Assembly: GCA_028534125.1 (NCBI GenBank)
Contig: CM052817.1
Location: forward strand, 82,648,001-82,712,000
Direction of reading: 5' to 3'
DNA length: 64,000 nt
Source: Lama glama
Taxonomy: Eukaryota
In this document: one piece after another, positions 12,256 through 25,439 of the stretch
How positions within the stretch are numbered: the first letter of the stretch is position 1
How the letters are laid out: each line of letters opens with the position of its first letter
The notes under the pieces: model-generated
Database searches by the model: none
What the model was told of the DNA's origin: nothing
The model's input: only the letters and a program-made list of their open reading frames with translations
Position numbers and translations under genes: made by a program

Positions 12256-12599
12256 AGAGCACCGTGATCATAAAATCCCCCTGTTAAAGAAATAAAGACA
12301 CCTGTCAGACACCTGACAGCAGGTTCCCCTCGCGACTGTACCTTCCAACATTTGCCAATGGACAGGCTTTGCTGTTTTCATCCCTAAGATAGCCATGTCT
12401 GTTAACATGGCCACTCCACCTTTTTCTAAGAGTTAAAAACCTAGATGGGACTGAAAAAAACTGAAAAGGAAACAAGTAACCTCACTATTAACACTGTGAG
12501 AACAGACACTTACAATGCAAGCTGCAAAGTTAATAGGCAACATTGTTTCTTGAAGGTCATGCAGCAGCTATAAAATGGCAGAACAACTGTCACTAAGTA

Positions 12600-12945
12600 A
12601 CTACTGCTTTCTTAACAATGAGGTTTCCAGACCCACTTTACTAAACCCACCTATCACTGGGGATCTCCAAGTGCTAAACTATTCTCAACTCTTGGCAGCA
12701 ACCAATCCCTACTTAATAGCTCTTTTCCTAGTCTGACCACAGAAGCACAACTGGCATATGCTACCTGTACTCTCCTCCTCAGAATTCCTCGGAGGGAACC
12801 CAAATCTTTAAAAAGATGCTCCCCTCCTTCCTCTTGTTCAGTGGCATTCCATGGTTCCCGTGGGGTGCCCTCCTTCATTGCATAGAGTCCATACAAATGA
12901 TTCTGTTAGACCACAGTATTGTGCTACAGTAATGGCTTTCAGCAT
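12600..12945 (+). mobile_element. Possible ancient LTR fragment (family unassigned)
   Basis: LTR-like layout: CCAAT (aaccaatcc), TATA-like ctttaaaaaga, C-rich tract, ends ..ttcagca. Resemblance only. Confidence 0.3.
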
Positions 12946-13059
12946 TAGCAGTTCACTCAGATCATGATTTGTCATAAAGCACATCGTGTTTCCCACTAAC
13001 TCAAACAACCACTGCTAAGTCATGAAATTCCCTCCCACAAAGGACTCTTCTCCATTCCA

Positions 13060-13550
13060 TCACTGCTTCAGCCACTTTTCACTCTCCAGTACTGATCACT
13101 CGCTTCCCCAACCTCTGACTTCCACGACTACCTTAGATTACTGAAGGGCTGTTTGGCAAAGCCATTGCTTCCACTCTCTGATACCATGAGGCTCTTTGGT
13201 CTTTTCTGCTGTAAACTATTCTGAAATGCCTACTTTACATCCAGTCTTAAATATCTCACAAGCACATAGAACTCAGTATACCAAAATATAAAATCTTGAC
13301 TTTCCACCGGGAACATAATGTTTACAGTCTTTCTCTTTTTAGTTCCACTCTATACAAATGGTTAAGCTACACACTCAGTGTTCTCCCTCTCTTCACTGGT
13401 TGCAACCCATCAACAAGTTCTGCCAACTTGAGCTCAACAAGACAGACCTTGAAGCATTCTCTGCCCCCATCTTCACTGCCACCAGCTTTGTCCAAGACAT
13501 TATTATCTCTTACCTGGTCTTCCATGATAAGTTCTCAATTATGCTTCCAA
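13060..13550 (+). mobile_element. L2 LINE fragment
   Basis: tcacaagcacatagaactcagtataccaaaa; aacccatcaacaagttctgcc; cactgccaccagctttgtccaagacattattatctcttacctgg. Confidence 0.8.
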
Positions 13551-13644
13551 TTTACTTTGGTTATTTTATATATAAATTTTTAATTAAAATATATTTATGT
13601 AATTATTTTAATTACATGAATTATAAATCTTTTTTCTTATATGT

Positions 13645-13810
13645 TTTAATTAACATCTCTGCTAGGTACTTTGATAGGCACTGTATACACACAATGAGGC
13701 TTTCATCCTCCCTGCCCACAGGACAGTGGGGAAACTATGAATGAGGAGTGTGAGGAGAGGGAGAAGACAAGGGAAATCACAGGAAAGTGTGGGAATATAT
13801 ATGAAAATAC
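13645..13810 (-). mobile_element. L2 3' end fragment
   Basis: ctaggtactttgataggcactgtatacacacaatgag..ccctgcccacagga..gtggggaaac. Confidence 0.55.
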
Positions 13811-13824
13811 AGTAAGAATATTCA

Positions 13825-14650
13825 TAAGGACACTTGCTATGAAGCTAATGAAGCTTAAGCCAAAGGAGCTCTCACTTCCATGAGTTCATTTCAAAGCCCC
13901 AGGAGGGGAGTCCAGAAGTGTGTTTTCATGGTCATATGTTTTTGTGAAATATACAAAATTAAGTTATTTTAACTACAATTGTAAAGACCACTGTCTTTTT
14001 CCACTCCAACCTCCCTCAGACACACATCCTTTCATCTAAGGTAGCGTTGCAGTGGCTACAGACATTTTGAGGGATCTGGTAAAAGGGAGTTGAGTTGGAA
14101 ATACATTTAGTTTTGGTTTAGTGGGATATATTTTTGTGGTTCACAGTTATTTCAGCATATACTTATATTCTTGCAAGCCATCGCACAGCAGTAATCACTG
14201 CAAAGAATGTATTTCCCCTACACTATGCCAATTCACCCATTATCCACACATAAAAGGCAGGACTACAGGCTGTATCACGTATGTCATAACATTTAGCAAC
14301 TTAAATTCAAAAGAAACTTGCTACAAGTTTTACCAAACTTGGTATGAATCATAAAAACCTTCTTGACATTACCAATAACAAATTGTGAAGTAGGGAACTT
14401 TTCAAAATGTCAATGACAATAATTTTAAAAGAAATGCTTACTTATTTTTCTAATGCTTATTACAGAAATTTGTATTATAAGATTATTGTCATAAAGAGGC
14501 AATCAGAGAGGCTGAAACAGTTTATTTTAAAAGGATCATAAACTCCTGACAGCTAATATAATTATTTTATTATTTTATGGATATTATGATGTTTATAGCA
14601 TTTGATAGCCTTTATTTTTTTAATTCCAAATAACTGTGATTATACCTAAG
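13825..14650 (+). mobile_element. Zaphod/MER115-type hAT-Tip100 DNA transposon, internally deleted, with a transposase C-terminal remnant
   Basis: The left end tgaagctaatgaagcttaagc..catggtcatatgtttttgtgaaat..gagttgagttggaaatacatttagttttggtttagtgggatatattt matches Zaphod/MER115; 14300-14510 is a decayed hAT dimerisation domain (ttcttgacattaccaataacaaattgtgaa = FLTLPITNCE). Confidence 0.85.
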
Positions 14651-16949
14651 AAGACAAGTAATGGAGGAGGGGGAAAGGGATCCACACTGTCATTTCATAA
14701 ATGCATCTTGGACAACCGTCACGGAAAAGAAAGAGGGGAATCACTTCATGGGTGACAGGGAGGAGTCTGAGGAAGTTCTTACTTGGTGGTCTAATATTTT
14801 GAAAGAAACAGACAGCTATTCTTGTTCATTAAAAATAGGGGGAAGATATAAAAGAAGAACTAGTGGTGTGGCACCATACTGGTATGACAAAAAGAAAAAA
14901 AGTGTGTGAAGACTCGGACACATTACTAGTCAGGAGTGAAGAATTAGATCTTTCCTTTGTTTGCATGACTTTTTTTCCCCCCATAGTTCTTAGAAACCGT
15001 GGTGTAAGAGCTTATTAAATGTGGGTTAGATAGCAAAGGGGAAGTTTGAATGTAACTAATAGATCCTGGGAAAGTGAAAATATTTGAGTCTCCAGGCAAT
15101 TGATTATAGGCATTTAGGGATATAAGAATGGGTTAATAAAGAGAGAGGAGAAAATGGCCAAAAAAAAAAAAATTAGAGTATAATTTTAAGAGTTGGCAAA
15201 ATTAAAGTTACTGACATGATCAAAGATGTTCGTAAGAATTAACAATGGGCAAAAGGCTGCTTAATTCAAGTCTGGGTGGTGTATGAGGAAAGGGTACATC
15301 AAACACAAAATAGAATGAGGGAAGGCTACACCGTTAAAGAAAGCTGCTCCTTCCATTGGTCTCACCTTATTTACCATTTGGAAAAATAAACAAAATTCTC
15401 TAAAATTTTTACTTGTTTAGTGAATAAAGACAGGCCAGTATTTTATTTGTTAGTATGATGAAGTTTAACTAGAACATAATATAGTTCTAAGGAACCACAA
15501 TTTGATTTTTTTCTTTGTTCCCTTTAGGTCTGCCTTTTTAATTATTGATAATATTATTTGAGTTTCTATTATATTCACCAATGATGAAAACTGCCTCTGA
15601 GGTCTCTGATATCCAAAATTTATCAAAATTGCCCACCACCTGCACAAAAGAGGTACTTTTAAAGTCAGCCTCCTCAAATCCAGATGGGAGAGTTTGTCCA
15701 TAAACTATATGCAAATAGTTAACGATCAAATCTGAATGAACAGGACCACCAAAGAAGCAGCGATAAAAAGTGCTACAAGAATTGGAAATTCAAAATCATT
15801 GCTTTATGTTTACTGTCATAATTTCCATTAAGATTTATATTTATCTTGTTTCAAAATCTTAATTTACTGTAAAGTTAAACTATTTAAGTAATAGTGAAAA
15901 TAATTCTGTCTGGAAAAATTATTCCCAATTTTAAACTCATATTATAAAAAGTTAATGTATCTTATAACTTCCAGATTCTGATCAAGCAGGGGAAAATATC
16001 CTAATGCTGAAAGAATGTAGGGCTGAATGGGTTGGCTGAATGCAAATTAAGAAGAAAAACAGTATATTCAACGCCTTCAGTTTTAGTTTGAAGTAATGGA
16101 AATGACAGACACAAATCTCTGTGGATTTTCTTGTTACATTTTCTGTCAGTTGTCTTAATAAGAGCGTCTCCCATGATGTTACTTTTGCCTTTAAAGAAGT
16201 GTTAAATATTATTTAATTCCAATATGTTGCTACAGTAAAGAAGCCTTTGCTGTCTGCTCTTTGAAGATAGTTAAACTGAAAGGGTTGTGTAGCCTTCTGA
16301 TTATTCCTGATTGTATTTTAAAGTCGGCAGCTGGGAAGAAAATGTTCCTAAAGGAAGTATGATATATGACTTGGTCAGGAATCAAAACACTTTGAAGTGG
16401 CTCCTGAGCCAGTGAAAGAAACCATCTGCCTGTGAAATATCTGTGAATGAAGTCTGACAGTAAATATCAGACAAGTGAGCGTTATATGGCAACAGATTGC
16501 CACACACAGTTAAAAATCATGCTGAAATTTCCTTCTATGTGCACATTCATATGGACATCTAATTTTACCGATGAACAGCAATGATTGCTTGGCAGATCTA
16601 ACCCATCATCAAATGCTTTTTGGCATCTAGTTTGGGATGTCTGTTATTTAACCTCTTTAGAATGATTTAATGGGACTGGACTAGTGGGAATGTGAAGAAA
16701 TTGAACCTGCTAGACCAGATTATTGAAGGAATTGTCCAGGTCAATAGCATCTGAAGAGGTCTATTCCTTTTGATCAGTAAGTTCCTTTACCTAATTCAAC
16801 CCCTACATCTGAAGGTGATCAAGACTGCTTCTTCATTTCTGGTCTCTTTAATTAGATTAGAATTCCTTAGCATTATATTTGGGGACAAAGTCATATGCTA
16901 TTTTCAAAGATAAATCTTACAATACGTTTGTCTAATGTCTTCTAGTTTT

Positions 16950-17775
16950 TATCTAAGTATACATATAATATGACATAATTTAAGTTTATATAATATGCTT
17001 TTCTGTAGGTATATCATACTTAAATAAAAAGGCAAAAAATATATGTAGAACAAATATTTGTAACTTTTCATATAAGATGACTTAATATTACATGGTGCAT
17101 ATTTTACCAGCATTGTATTATTTAAAATATATTTTAGTGCATGCAAACTATATGCTAGATTTTATTTAACTATTTCTTTCTTTTCCAGCTATTCAATATT
17201 ATAAATAACATTTTATCAGGTAGACTATTGCATAATAGTCATAATATATAAAATAACTTGACCATTTTATCAATTATTTCTTTAGGTTAGTAGAAACATA
17301 ATTATGAATAAATTGGTACCAATTTTTTAATAAAATTAATACAATTAAACTTCCAAAAGACATGGATGCAGTATTACTAATTTTTTATCTCATTGTCACC
17401 AAGACTAGCTATATTTTAAACTTCTGCCAAATTATAAGGACATTCATTGACATTTAAATTTCATTACTATGAATATCAGTATGGTTGGATAATCTTGGCT
17501 CCTTTAACTTTTTTGTATTAAGTCCTTATATATAAATGTAGATATCATTATGATTTTCTTATCTTTCTACTTACATGTCACAAGACAGTATTTTCTGGAT
17601 AATTTTTTTCTATTATTGGTGTACCTTTAAATATTTGTGATGATAATACATCCTTTGCATTTTGTAGTTATATATTTTAATATTTGGTGATATAAGTATC
17701 CCCTCAATATTCTTTTCCTACCAAATTATCTTGGCTAAGTTTTACCCAATAATTTTTCAAGATTTCTTTAAAAAT
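16950..17775 (-). mobile_element. Very old L1 (L1ME-like) fragments
   Basis: AT-rich antisense L1 remnants (ttccagctattcaatattataaataac; aattaaacttccaaaag; aaacttctgccaaattataagg). Confidence 0.5.
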
Positions 17776-17789
17776 AAATTTTATTTTTT

Positions 17790-20700
17790 AACAAAAAGCG
17801 TCAACTGTTTAAGTACAGTGGGGCTATTTCCAGTGTTTGGCTATTATAAATAAAGCTGCTATAGACATGCATATACAGGTTTTATGGGAATATAAATTAT
17901 AATTTCTTGAGGATAAATACCTAAGAGTGAAATACTGGGTCATGATGGTTTTACATAAAAGTTTTTGAAATAAACTGTCAAATGCTTTTCCAGAGTGATC
18001 GTAGTATTTTTACATTCCCATCAACAATATATAGCCAATACATTTTCTCTGCATCCTCACCAGAATTTGGAGTTGGAATTATTTTTAAACTTAGCTATTC
18101 TGTTACTTGTGTAGTGATATCTCATTGTGGTTTTAATTTGCGTTTCTCTAATACCTAATGATGCTGAACATCTTTAAACATGCTTATTTCCCATATGTAC
18201 ATCCTCTTCAGTGAAAGCTTCATGTTTTTGTCCATTTTCTAACTGGATTGCTTGTCTGTTTCAATGGATTTGAGTTTTGATAATTGTTTACATAATCTGG
18301 ACAGTAGTCTTTTGTCAGATATGTGATTTGCAAGTATTTTCTTCCAGTATATCTCTGCATTTATTTTGATCTTTAACTTCTTTCCTTAACAATTGGTAGT
18401 TTTCACCATACATATTTCATATAAATTGTTTGATTTGCAGCTGGGTATTTTTTGACTGATTGTTAATGGTATTTTTTCCAATTTTTCACGTCCATGTGTT
18501 CATTGCTGATATATAGAAATATAATTTATTTTTGTAGGTCTATATTATTTCTTGAAGCATTGTTAGATTCACTTATTATAAGTTTTTTTTGGAAGATATG
18601 TTGGGATTGTCTATGAAAATGATCATGTCTCCTGCAAACAGAGGCAGGTTCGCTTTTCCCTTTACAAACTGTGCCTTTTATTTCCCTTTCTTCTTTATTG
18701 CGCCAGCTAGAATTTCGAGCTCTGTGTTACTTTTGAGTGGTGAAAGTGGATGAACTTGCCCTGTTCCATCTCAAAGAAAAAGCATCCTTTTTCCACCATT
18801 AAGTATAATGTAAGCTGTTAGTTTTTCTATACTTTCTACTAAGTTGAGATTTTCTTTTTATTCTTTCATTTTCTAAGAGAGTTTCTATCTTGAAAGGGTG
18901 TTGTTTTCTGTACTGACTGATACATTTTTTATTAGCCTGTTGATAAATTACATTGATTTTTGTTTGTGGAACCAATACCTGCAAACCTGAAATAAGCCCC
19001 ACTTGATCACTGTTTTTTTTATTTTAATATATACTGATGAAATCTATTTGCTAAGATTTTGTTAATTAGTTTTGCATGTATATTGGTAAGTCTTATTTGT
19101 CTCTAGTTTCAATTTTTGTGTGTATGCTGACTTTTTCTGTGTTCTTTATCAGGGTAATATAAAATGTATAAGATAAATTGGAAACCATATCATTCTTTTC
19201 TCAGAGATTATGTAGAATTGGTATTAATTCACTAGAAGTTTTGTAGAATTATCCACTCAAACCATCTGGGATTGGAGATATCCTTCTGTTAAAAATATTG
19301 ATTCAATTTCCTTAATAGTTCAGGAGTTTTCAAATTCTCTATTATATACTGGGTGATTTGTGGTAGTTTGTACTTTTTGAGGAACTGGTCCATTTTATCC
19401 AGGTTTTAAAAATTTATGTGTATAGCGTTGTGACAATCATCCCTTATTATTATTTGATGTCGTCAAAGTTTGCAGTGATGCCCCTGGATATTAACAGTTT
19501 GTGTCTTCTCTTTTTCCTTTTTGATAGCATTGCTAGCAGTTTGTCAAATTTATTGATCTGTTTGTAGAAACATTCCTTAATTTCACTGATTTTAACCAAC
19601 TTTTTTTCCTCCTGTTTTCAATTTGATTGATTTTTGCTGTTGTCTTCATTAGTTTTTTCCTCTGTTTCCTTTTGATTTATTTTGCTATTGTTTTCCTAGC
19701 CTCTGGAAGGAGGAGCTTGCATTTTTTAGTTGAGACTTTTTCAATTTTCTAATGTATGTATTTAGTGTTATAAATTTCCCTCTCAATGCTGCTTTATCTG
19801 TGTTCCACAAATGTTGATATGCTGTGTTTTAATTTTTGTTCACTTTAATGTATTTTTATTTCCCTTGAGAGTTTGTCTTTGATGAATAGATTTAGAAGCA
19901 TATGCTTACTGGCCAAATATTTAGAGATATTTCTGTTAATGTTACCGATTTCTAGTTTGATTACATTTTGTATTATAAAATACATCCTATATGATTTCAT
20001 TTATTTTAAACATGTTGAGGGATTGTTTTATGGTAGAAGTCCCATGGACAGTTAGAATGTGTATTCTGCTATCTGGGGGAGTGCTAATTAAATACTGTTG
20101 GGTGATAGTATGGTTGAGTTCTTCTATATCCTTGCTGATTTTATACAGTTGTTGTATCAATTGTTAAAAGAGGGGTTTGAAGTTCAGTTATAATTGTGAA
20201 TTTCTCTATGCCTCCTTTCTGTTCTACCAAGTATTTTTCCCACATATTTTGCTGTTATGTTGCTAAGTGCATTCACATTTATGGTTGCTATGTCTTCTTG
20301 GATTGTATTTTTTTAAAATTTTTTTGTTATGTCTCTGCTAAGCATTTTGCTCTGTCTACTTCATCTAATATTAATATATTCACTCTTGCTTTTTAAAAAC
20401 TATTGTCTGTATGATATGGGTTTTCCAGCCTTTTACTTTCTACCAGACTATACAGTTAGATTTGAGATAAACTTATAGACTGATATAGCTGAGTCATGAT
20501 TTTTAATCCACTCTATCAATCTGTCTCTTTATTATTGTATTTAGACTATTTATATATAATATAATTACTAATATGTTAGGACTTTAGGTTGCTGTTTTTT
20601 GTTCTGATTTTCATTTCTCTGCCTTCATGTTGGTACTTGAACACTTTTTAGAATTTAATTTTGATTTATTTGTAGTGTTTTTTGAGTGTTTTTTGTACAG

Positions 20701-21080
20701 CTGTCTTCACAGTTGCTCTAGCAATTGCTTTGCACATATATGTAACACTCTACTAGTATTTTCAGTTCCAGTGAAATGTAAAAATATCATCTTCCTTTAT
20801 GCTATTTTCCCCATTATAACATAATGTTCTTAAATAGTTTCTGTATATAAACTAGAATCACTGAAACATTGTTATGTTTTTTCTGCTTCAACCATGAACT
20901 ATGATTTTGAAAACTGAAGGAAAGAAGGAAATAGTATTTTATTCACCCTCCCTATATTTGCATACTATGTTTTTACTTCTTTTCTGATATTCCTAGATCC
21001 CTTTATATTTTTTCCTTTCTGTTTAGAGAAATTCTTTTATCCATTTTTTTCAGTGTAGGTCTATCAGTGGCAATTCCTCA
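17790..21080 (-). mobile_element. L1MC/MD-type LINE, about 3.3 kb, covering ORF2 and upstream sequence with large internal deletions
   Basis: Continuous antisense L1: tttccagtgtttggctattataaataaagctgcta; atctcattgtggttttaatttgcgtttctcta; gtggaaccaatacctgcaaacctgaaataagcccacttgatca; taaatttccctctcaatgctgctttatctgtgttccacaaa. Confidence 0.92.
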
Positions 21081-21404
21081 AATATAATTATGTTTAAATT
21101 ATGATCTACCATTATCAGAGAGAGAGAGAGAAGGTAAAGGGAAGCCACTAGTACTAAATCAGCAGTGTAGTTCATGCAGGATATAAACAGGAATCTAAGA
21201 TTTTAATTCAATTAGCATCATCAAAAGAACATAATGGTTATTTTGCATGACTATTACCTGTTACATTAATAGTCAACGGGATACTGTTGCTTTAAGAGAG
21301 GTAAGAGAGTCTCTTGCCTTTTGTTATGTCAAAAATTAAGCCAAACAGACAATAAACTACTCATGTTGAATTGTACGCCTCACTTTGAAACAGACATTTT
21401 TTTA

Positions 21405-21585
21405 AATAGTTTAATTTTGTTTAAATCCCTGTAACACCATGTAAGGTAGGTATCTTATTCCCATTGGTGGTATCAAGGTCACAGAGTGGTCAAACTGAGA
21501 GATTTGGGTCAAATCCACACATGACACCAGAAACCACATTCTTGCCTACTATATACTACACTATCTTTTTATATCCTAGAAAGAT
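21405..21585 (-). mobile_element. MIR SINE (core partly deleted)
   Basis: tttaaatccctgtaacaccatgtaaggtaggtatcttattcccatt..caaggtcacagagtggtcaaac. Confidence 0.7.
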
Positions 21586-21724
21586 ATCAAATAGAAGTAA
21601 CAAATGCCATTCTATTTTCACTGACAGTACAATTAAGAATAAAGTAATTTATTTAAGCTAACTTGATAACAATAAGCTAAAGAGTCTCCTTTCTAATTCA
21701 TCTTTGGAAATTTCAATCTGGCCC

Positions 21725-21726
<2 letters not shown>

Positions 21727-21757
<31 letters not shown>

Positions 21758-21773
21758 ATGCATGCATGTGCAT
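21727..21773. repeat. (TG)15 microsatellite followed by (CATG)3
   Basis: Seen directly. Confidence 0.95.
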
Positions 21774-21789
21774 AACTGCTTTTAATAAG

Positions 21790-22350
21790 ATGAACCAAAA
21801 CTCTGCACTGCAATAAAATGTGAGGAAGACCAGGAAAAAAATAGTATAAAGGATTTAATTTAATATGATAGGAGTTCTTTGGAGATTTTCCAAGATATGC
21901 TATATTTAGGCAAATACAATGATAAGATTTCTATGTGTCGTCTATGACTCCTGTTAGATCTTATTCACTGTTGTCATATATCAGATATTTTACCACACAT
22001 CCAAACAATCCTGTTTCTATGATAAAAGCAAGCATTCAGTATATTCATACAATAAACTACATGTAATATGATATTCTAACCATTCTTATATATTAGTATC
22101 CTGTGCCTACTATGTAAGTCATACTGTGCTGACACCATGAGCTTCTTGAAGTTTCTCAGACAACCAGCTAGCTCTGACATAATATTGCTTATAATTTTCA
22201 CAGTGGTCATCGTTAATATTTCCATAGCAAAATTTAGTCATAGAAATGCATTTTATATCTCTGTGCACATTGTTTACATCCTATCAAATCAAATCAGTAT
22301 CTTTTCATAATCTATCACATATAAAACTATGCTGTTTTTTTTAAGCTCTT
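21790..22350 (-). mobile_element. Possible L3/CR1 remnants
   Basis: Weak resemblance (aaatcagtatcttttcataatctatcacatataaaactatgctg). Confidence 0.3.
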
Positions 22351-22839
22351 GGTTTGAAAGCTCCTAGTCAGTTATTCAATTGGCCAACCTGATTTTCTCC
22401 ACTTAAAAGAAAATTTTTCTACCAAAAATTAACAAAGGAAGCCAATGAATGCTGTTTACTCTTAATATGTTCCTATATACATTCTCTTCATTTCAGTCTT
22501 CTATCATTCCAAAAAAGCTTGATTTTAAATATCTATATGTCAATGTCACATTTCTTTATTGTCATACAAATAAATGAAGAACAAAACAAACATAATTAAA
22601 GTTTTATGTAACAAACATGAAATGTAATTCCTATTCATTATATTGGTCCCTTTTCAAAGAATTTAATTGTTATAAATTATATAAATTATTAATCAGTGGT
22701 GTAATCTTAAATTTCAAGTATTGTTACTCAATAGTTTTCCCCCAGATTCCAAAACTGCTGTGGTATACTTGAATATTATGTAAAACCCATGCCATAAAGA
22801 ATTTGATGCATGGTGCATGCATCATATTTTCTATCTCAG

Positions 22840-23270
22840 TACTTCACTCTAACCTTATTTTATGGAGGAATCCAGGCAGCCTACAGAACACACACACACA
22901 CAAAATGATGGCACGTGAGAAAGAAACAAATTTCAGACTAAAAACAAAATACTGGTCCTGAAATAAAGTAAGATCCATTTCAAAAAATGTAGATGAAGGG
23001 CTCCATATAATTACTATAGTTCAGCTTTAAATTAAATTCTGAGTTTCTTGGCAATGGATACAAAATGTACTTTACTATGTAGGGTTCTTATGGGAGAGAA
23101 CTGATTGAACACAGTAACAGTGTAGCAACTGTAAGAATGAACTGAACATCCCTACAATTTACACTTGAGATCTTCAATTTAAAAGATAGAGTAACAACAA
23201 CAACACTAAAAAAGATTATTCAGGAGGTCAGCAAGAGATCAAGTTATTCCCATAGGTCTCCTTGGAGCAT
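22840..23270 (-). mobile_element. Ancient mammalian RTE-X (L4-like)/MamSINE1-type 3' region
   Basis: ccttattttatggaggaatccaggcagcctaca.. and aaattaaattctgagtttcttggcaa resemble the recalled consensus (..aaaggatttgaggcggcttaca..; aatttggctctgagcttcctagcag). Confidence 0.45.
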
Positions 23271-25439
23271 TTTAAAATTTGTGGAGGTGAGAGGAGAATT
23301 ACTGGTGTTTTGTACAAAGAGGCTAGGAATGATCTAGAAATCTGCCTGAGTTACAAATTACCTGCATGGTATTTACAAGTAATTGAACTTAGAAACTTAA
23401 CACTATTTTAAATACAAATATAAAGTATTTCTTTCAAAAACTATTTTGCATAGAAGATAAATACTGATAAATCAATAGAAAATTTCATTTGTCTGGTTTG
23501 GAAATGCATCAAGAATTATCTTTCAATTTTGGGAAAATCAAACCACCATGTCAAAAGTATCTGAATCGCCAACCTCAAATTTCCATTAGTCTGTTTCTGT
23601 ACCTGCCCATTTTCCCTGTTCCTGGTTCACTGAGGAAGTATGTGTGTGTCTTCATTATACCTTCCAGTGTACTCATACTCACACATTTTTATATCAAAAT
23701 ATATTAATATATTATGAATTACTTATTTCTTACTTATTTTTTACATTAACATTAGGAACTTATGTAGGGTTTTTATTTGAAGTTTCATATAAGAATAAAA
23801 TTGTTAACCACTAATATCTTTTCAGTAAAGTGTCTATTAAAAAGTACTTCATATTAAAACGTGAAAAGGAGGTTTTTGTTCTGGTGAGCTTGAGAATCAC
23901 TAGGTTTAGGTAACTCAGGCATATTATTTACTCTTATGATGCTTAGCTGAATACAAGTGCAGAATTTAAAATAAATAGAGATGTATAAAAGACTTCATCC
24001 TTAAAATGATTTCTGCAAAGTATAACTTCCAATTTTTAATGAGATTTAGAAGATTAATAATTCAAACAAATATTTTCTAAGTCTAGAAAGTTTTAATGCT
24101 GTTATTGAGGAAAAGATTTATCTGATTCATAATGTTAGATTCAGTTCTATGAGGGAAAATAAAACTACTGTTTTTAATATACAAAAATATGGTTAACAGA
24201 ATTGACATGTGCAGCTTAATTGAGATATTAACCACTGAAGAAGGCTAAGGAAAAGAAATTATATGATTTGATTTAAATTACTTATTTTATCTCTAAGATT
24301 TCCCTTGCTTTTTTTCTCCATAAGATTATATTGTATACTAGAAATAAAATATAAATAATGAATCATGGATAAAGCAATAAAGAAAAAATACACTGTTAAG
24401 TATATTTATCCAAACATAGATTTAAATCTTAAAAATTTACACTGTAATTTCCTAGGAAATGATCATATGCAATATCTCACAAGAAAACCATTTTTAATTA
24501 GATTATAAGAACTGTTACAAATGCAAAACTATGTATCTTCAGTCTTCACTCATAACACCACCTACTACAAATTTAATTAATTCTGAAAACAAATGTGCCA
24601 TGTTTTCTTTTTCAATTATTTTCTCAACTGTGAGCAAACATGAGTTGTCCATATCCAATTTTAAAATTGGAATGTTTGGTTAGAAAATGAAAAGAAAGTA
24701 TAAATCTTGGACATGGGCATGCACAGATGTTTTCAATAAACGTATCAGCATTATAAATGACAATGAAACTTTCTCTGGGAGGAAGGCTTCCTGTGCTGCT
24801 GTTGTTATTGTCATTTTATAGTGATTATATTTAGGTCCCAGGGTAAAAACAGGTCCCCAATAAGGATTTCCAGCAATAAGCCTTGGAAAAAATAAGTGGG
24901 CTTATTGTTTTATTTCATTTTCATTTTGCTTTAAGATGTGAAGGTAAATACATGTAGTATTCAATCATATCTTAAATGCTTTTTTATTTTTAAAGTAATA
25001 ATTGGCTCCATTCTTGGCTCAAAGAATTAACCAACATTTATATATTTTTTACATAAAGGATTATGTAAACTTTTTTACCTAGAATTGGAAATCTCATTTA
25101 ATCTTCTTTCTTTAACTTCTATCCCTCTTTTCCAGAAAAGAATAAAATCATTTTTTACTTCGGTTTTATATCTTCCTGGCTTACTCTTTACACATAAAGC
25201 CACACACCCTTCACAAATGTGCACACATGCATTAACACGTTTACATAATGGGAACAGTACTATGTGTTATTGTGAACAATATTTTGTCATGTAAATTTAA
25301 AATTATACTCTGAAAACTACCATATCTCCACACAATGTATATTGATTATATCTAATTTATAGTAAAATTGATTAATACACTAAAATAACATTGTTCACTG
25401 TTTCCAAAAACGTCATTAGTTTATTCAAAAATATATAAT

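Noticed and set aside
16661..16776. + strand segment bounded by ctctttag and GTAAGT
   Set aside because: Stops in all three frames; at most a non-coding exon, with no supporting evidence.
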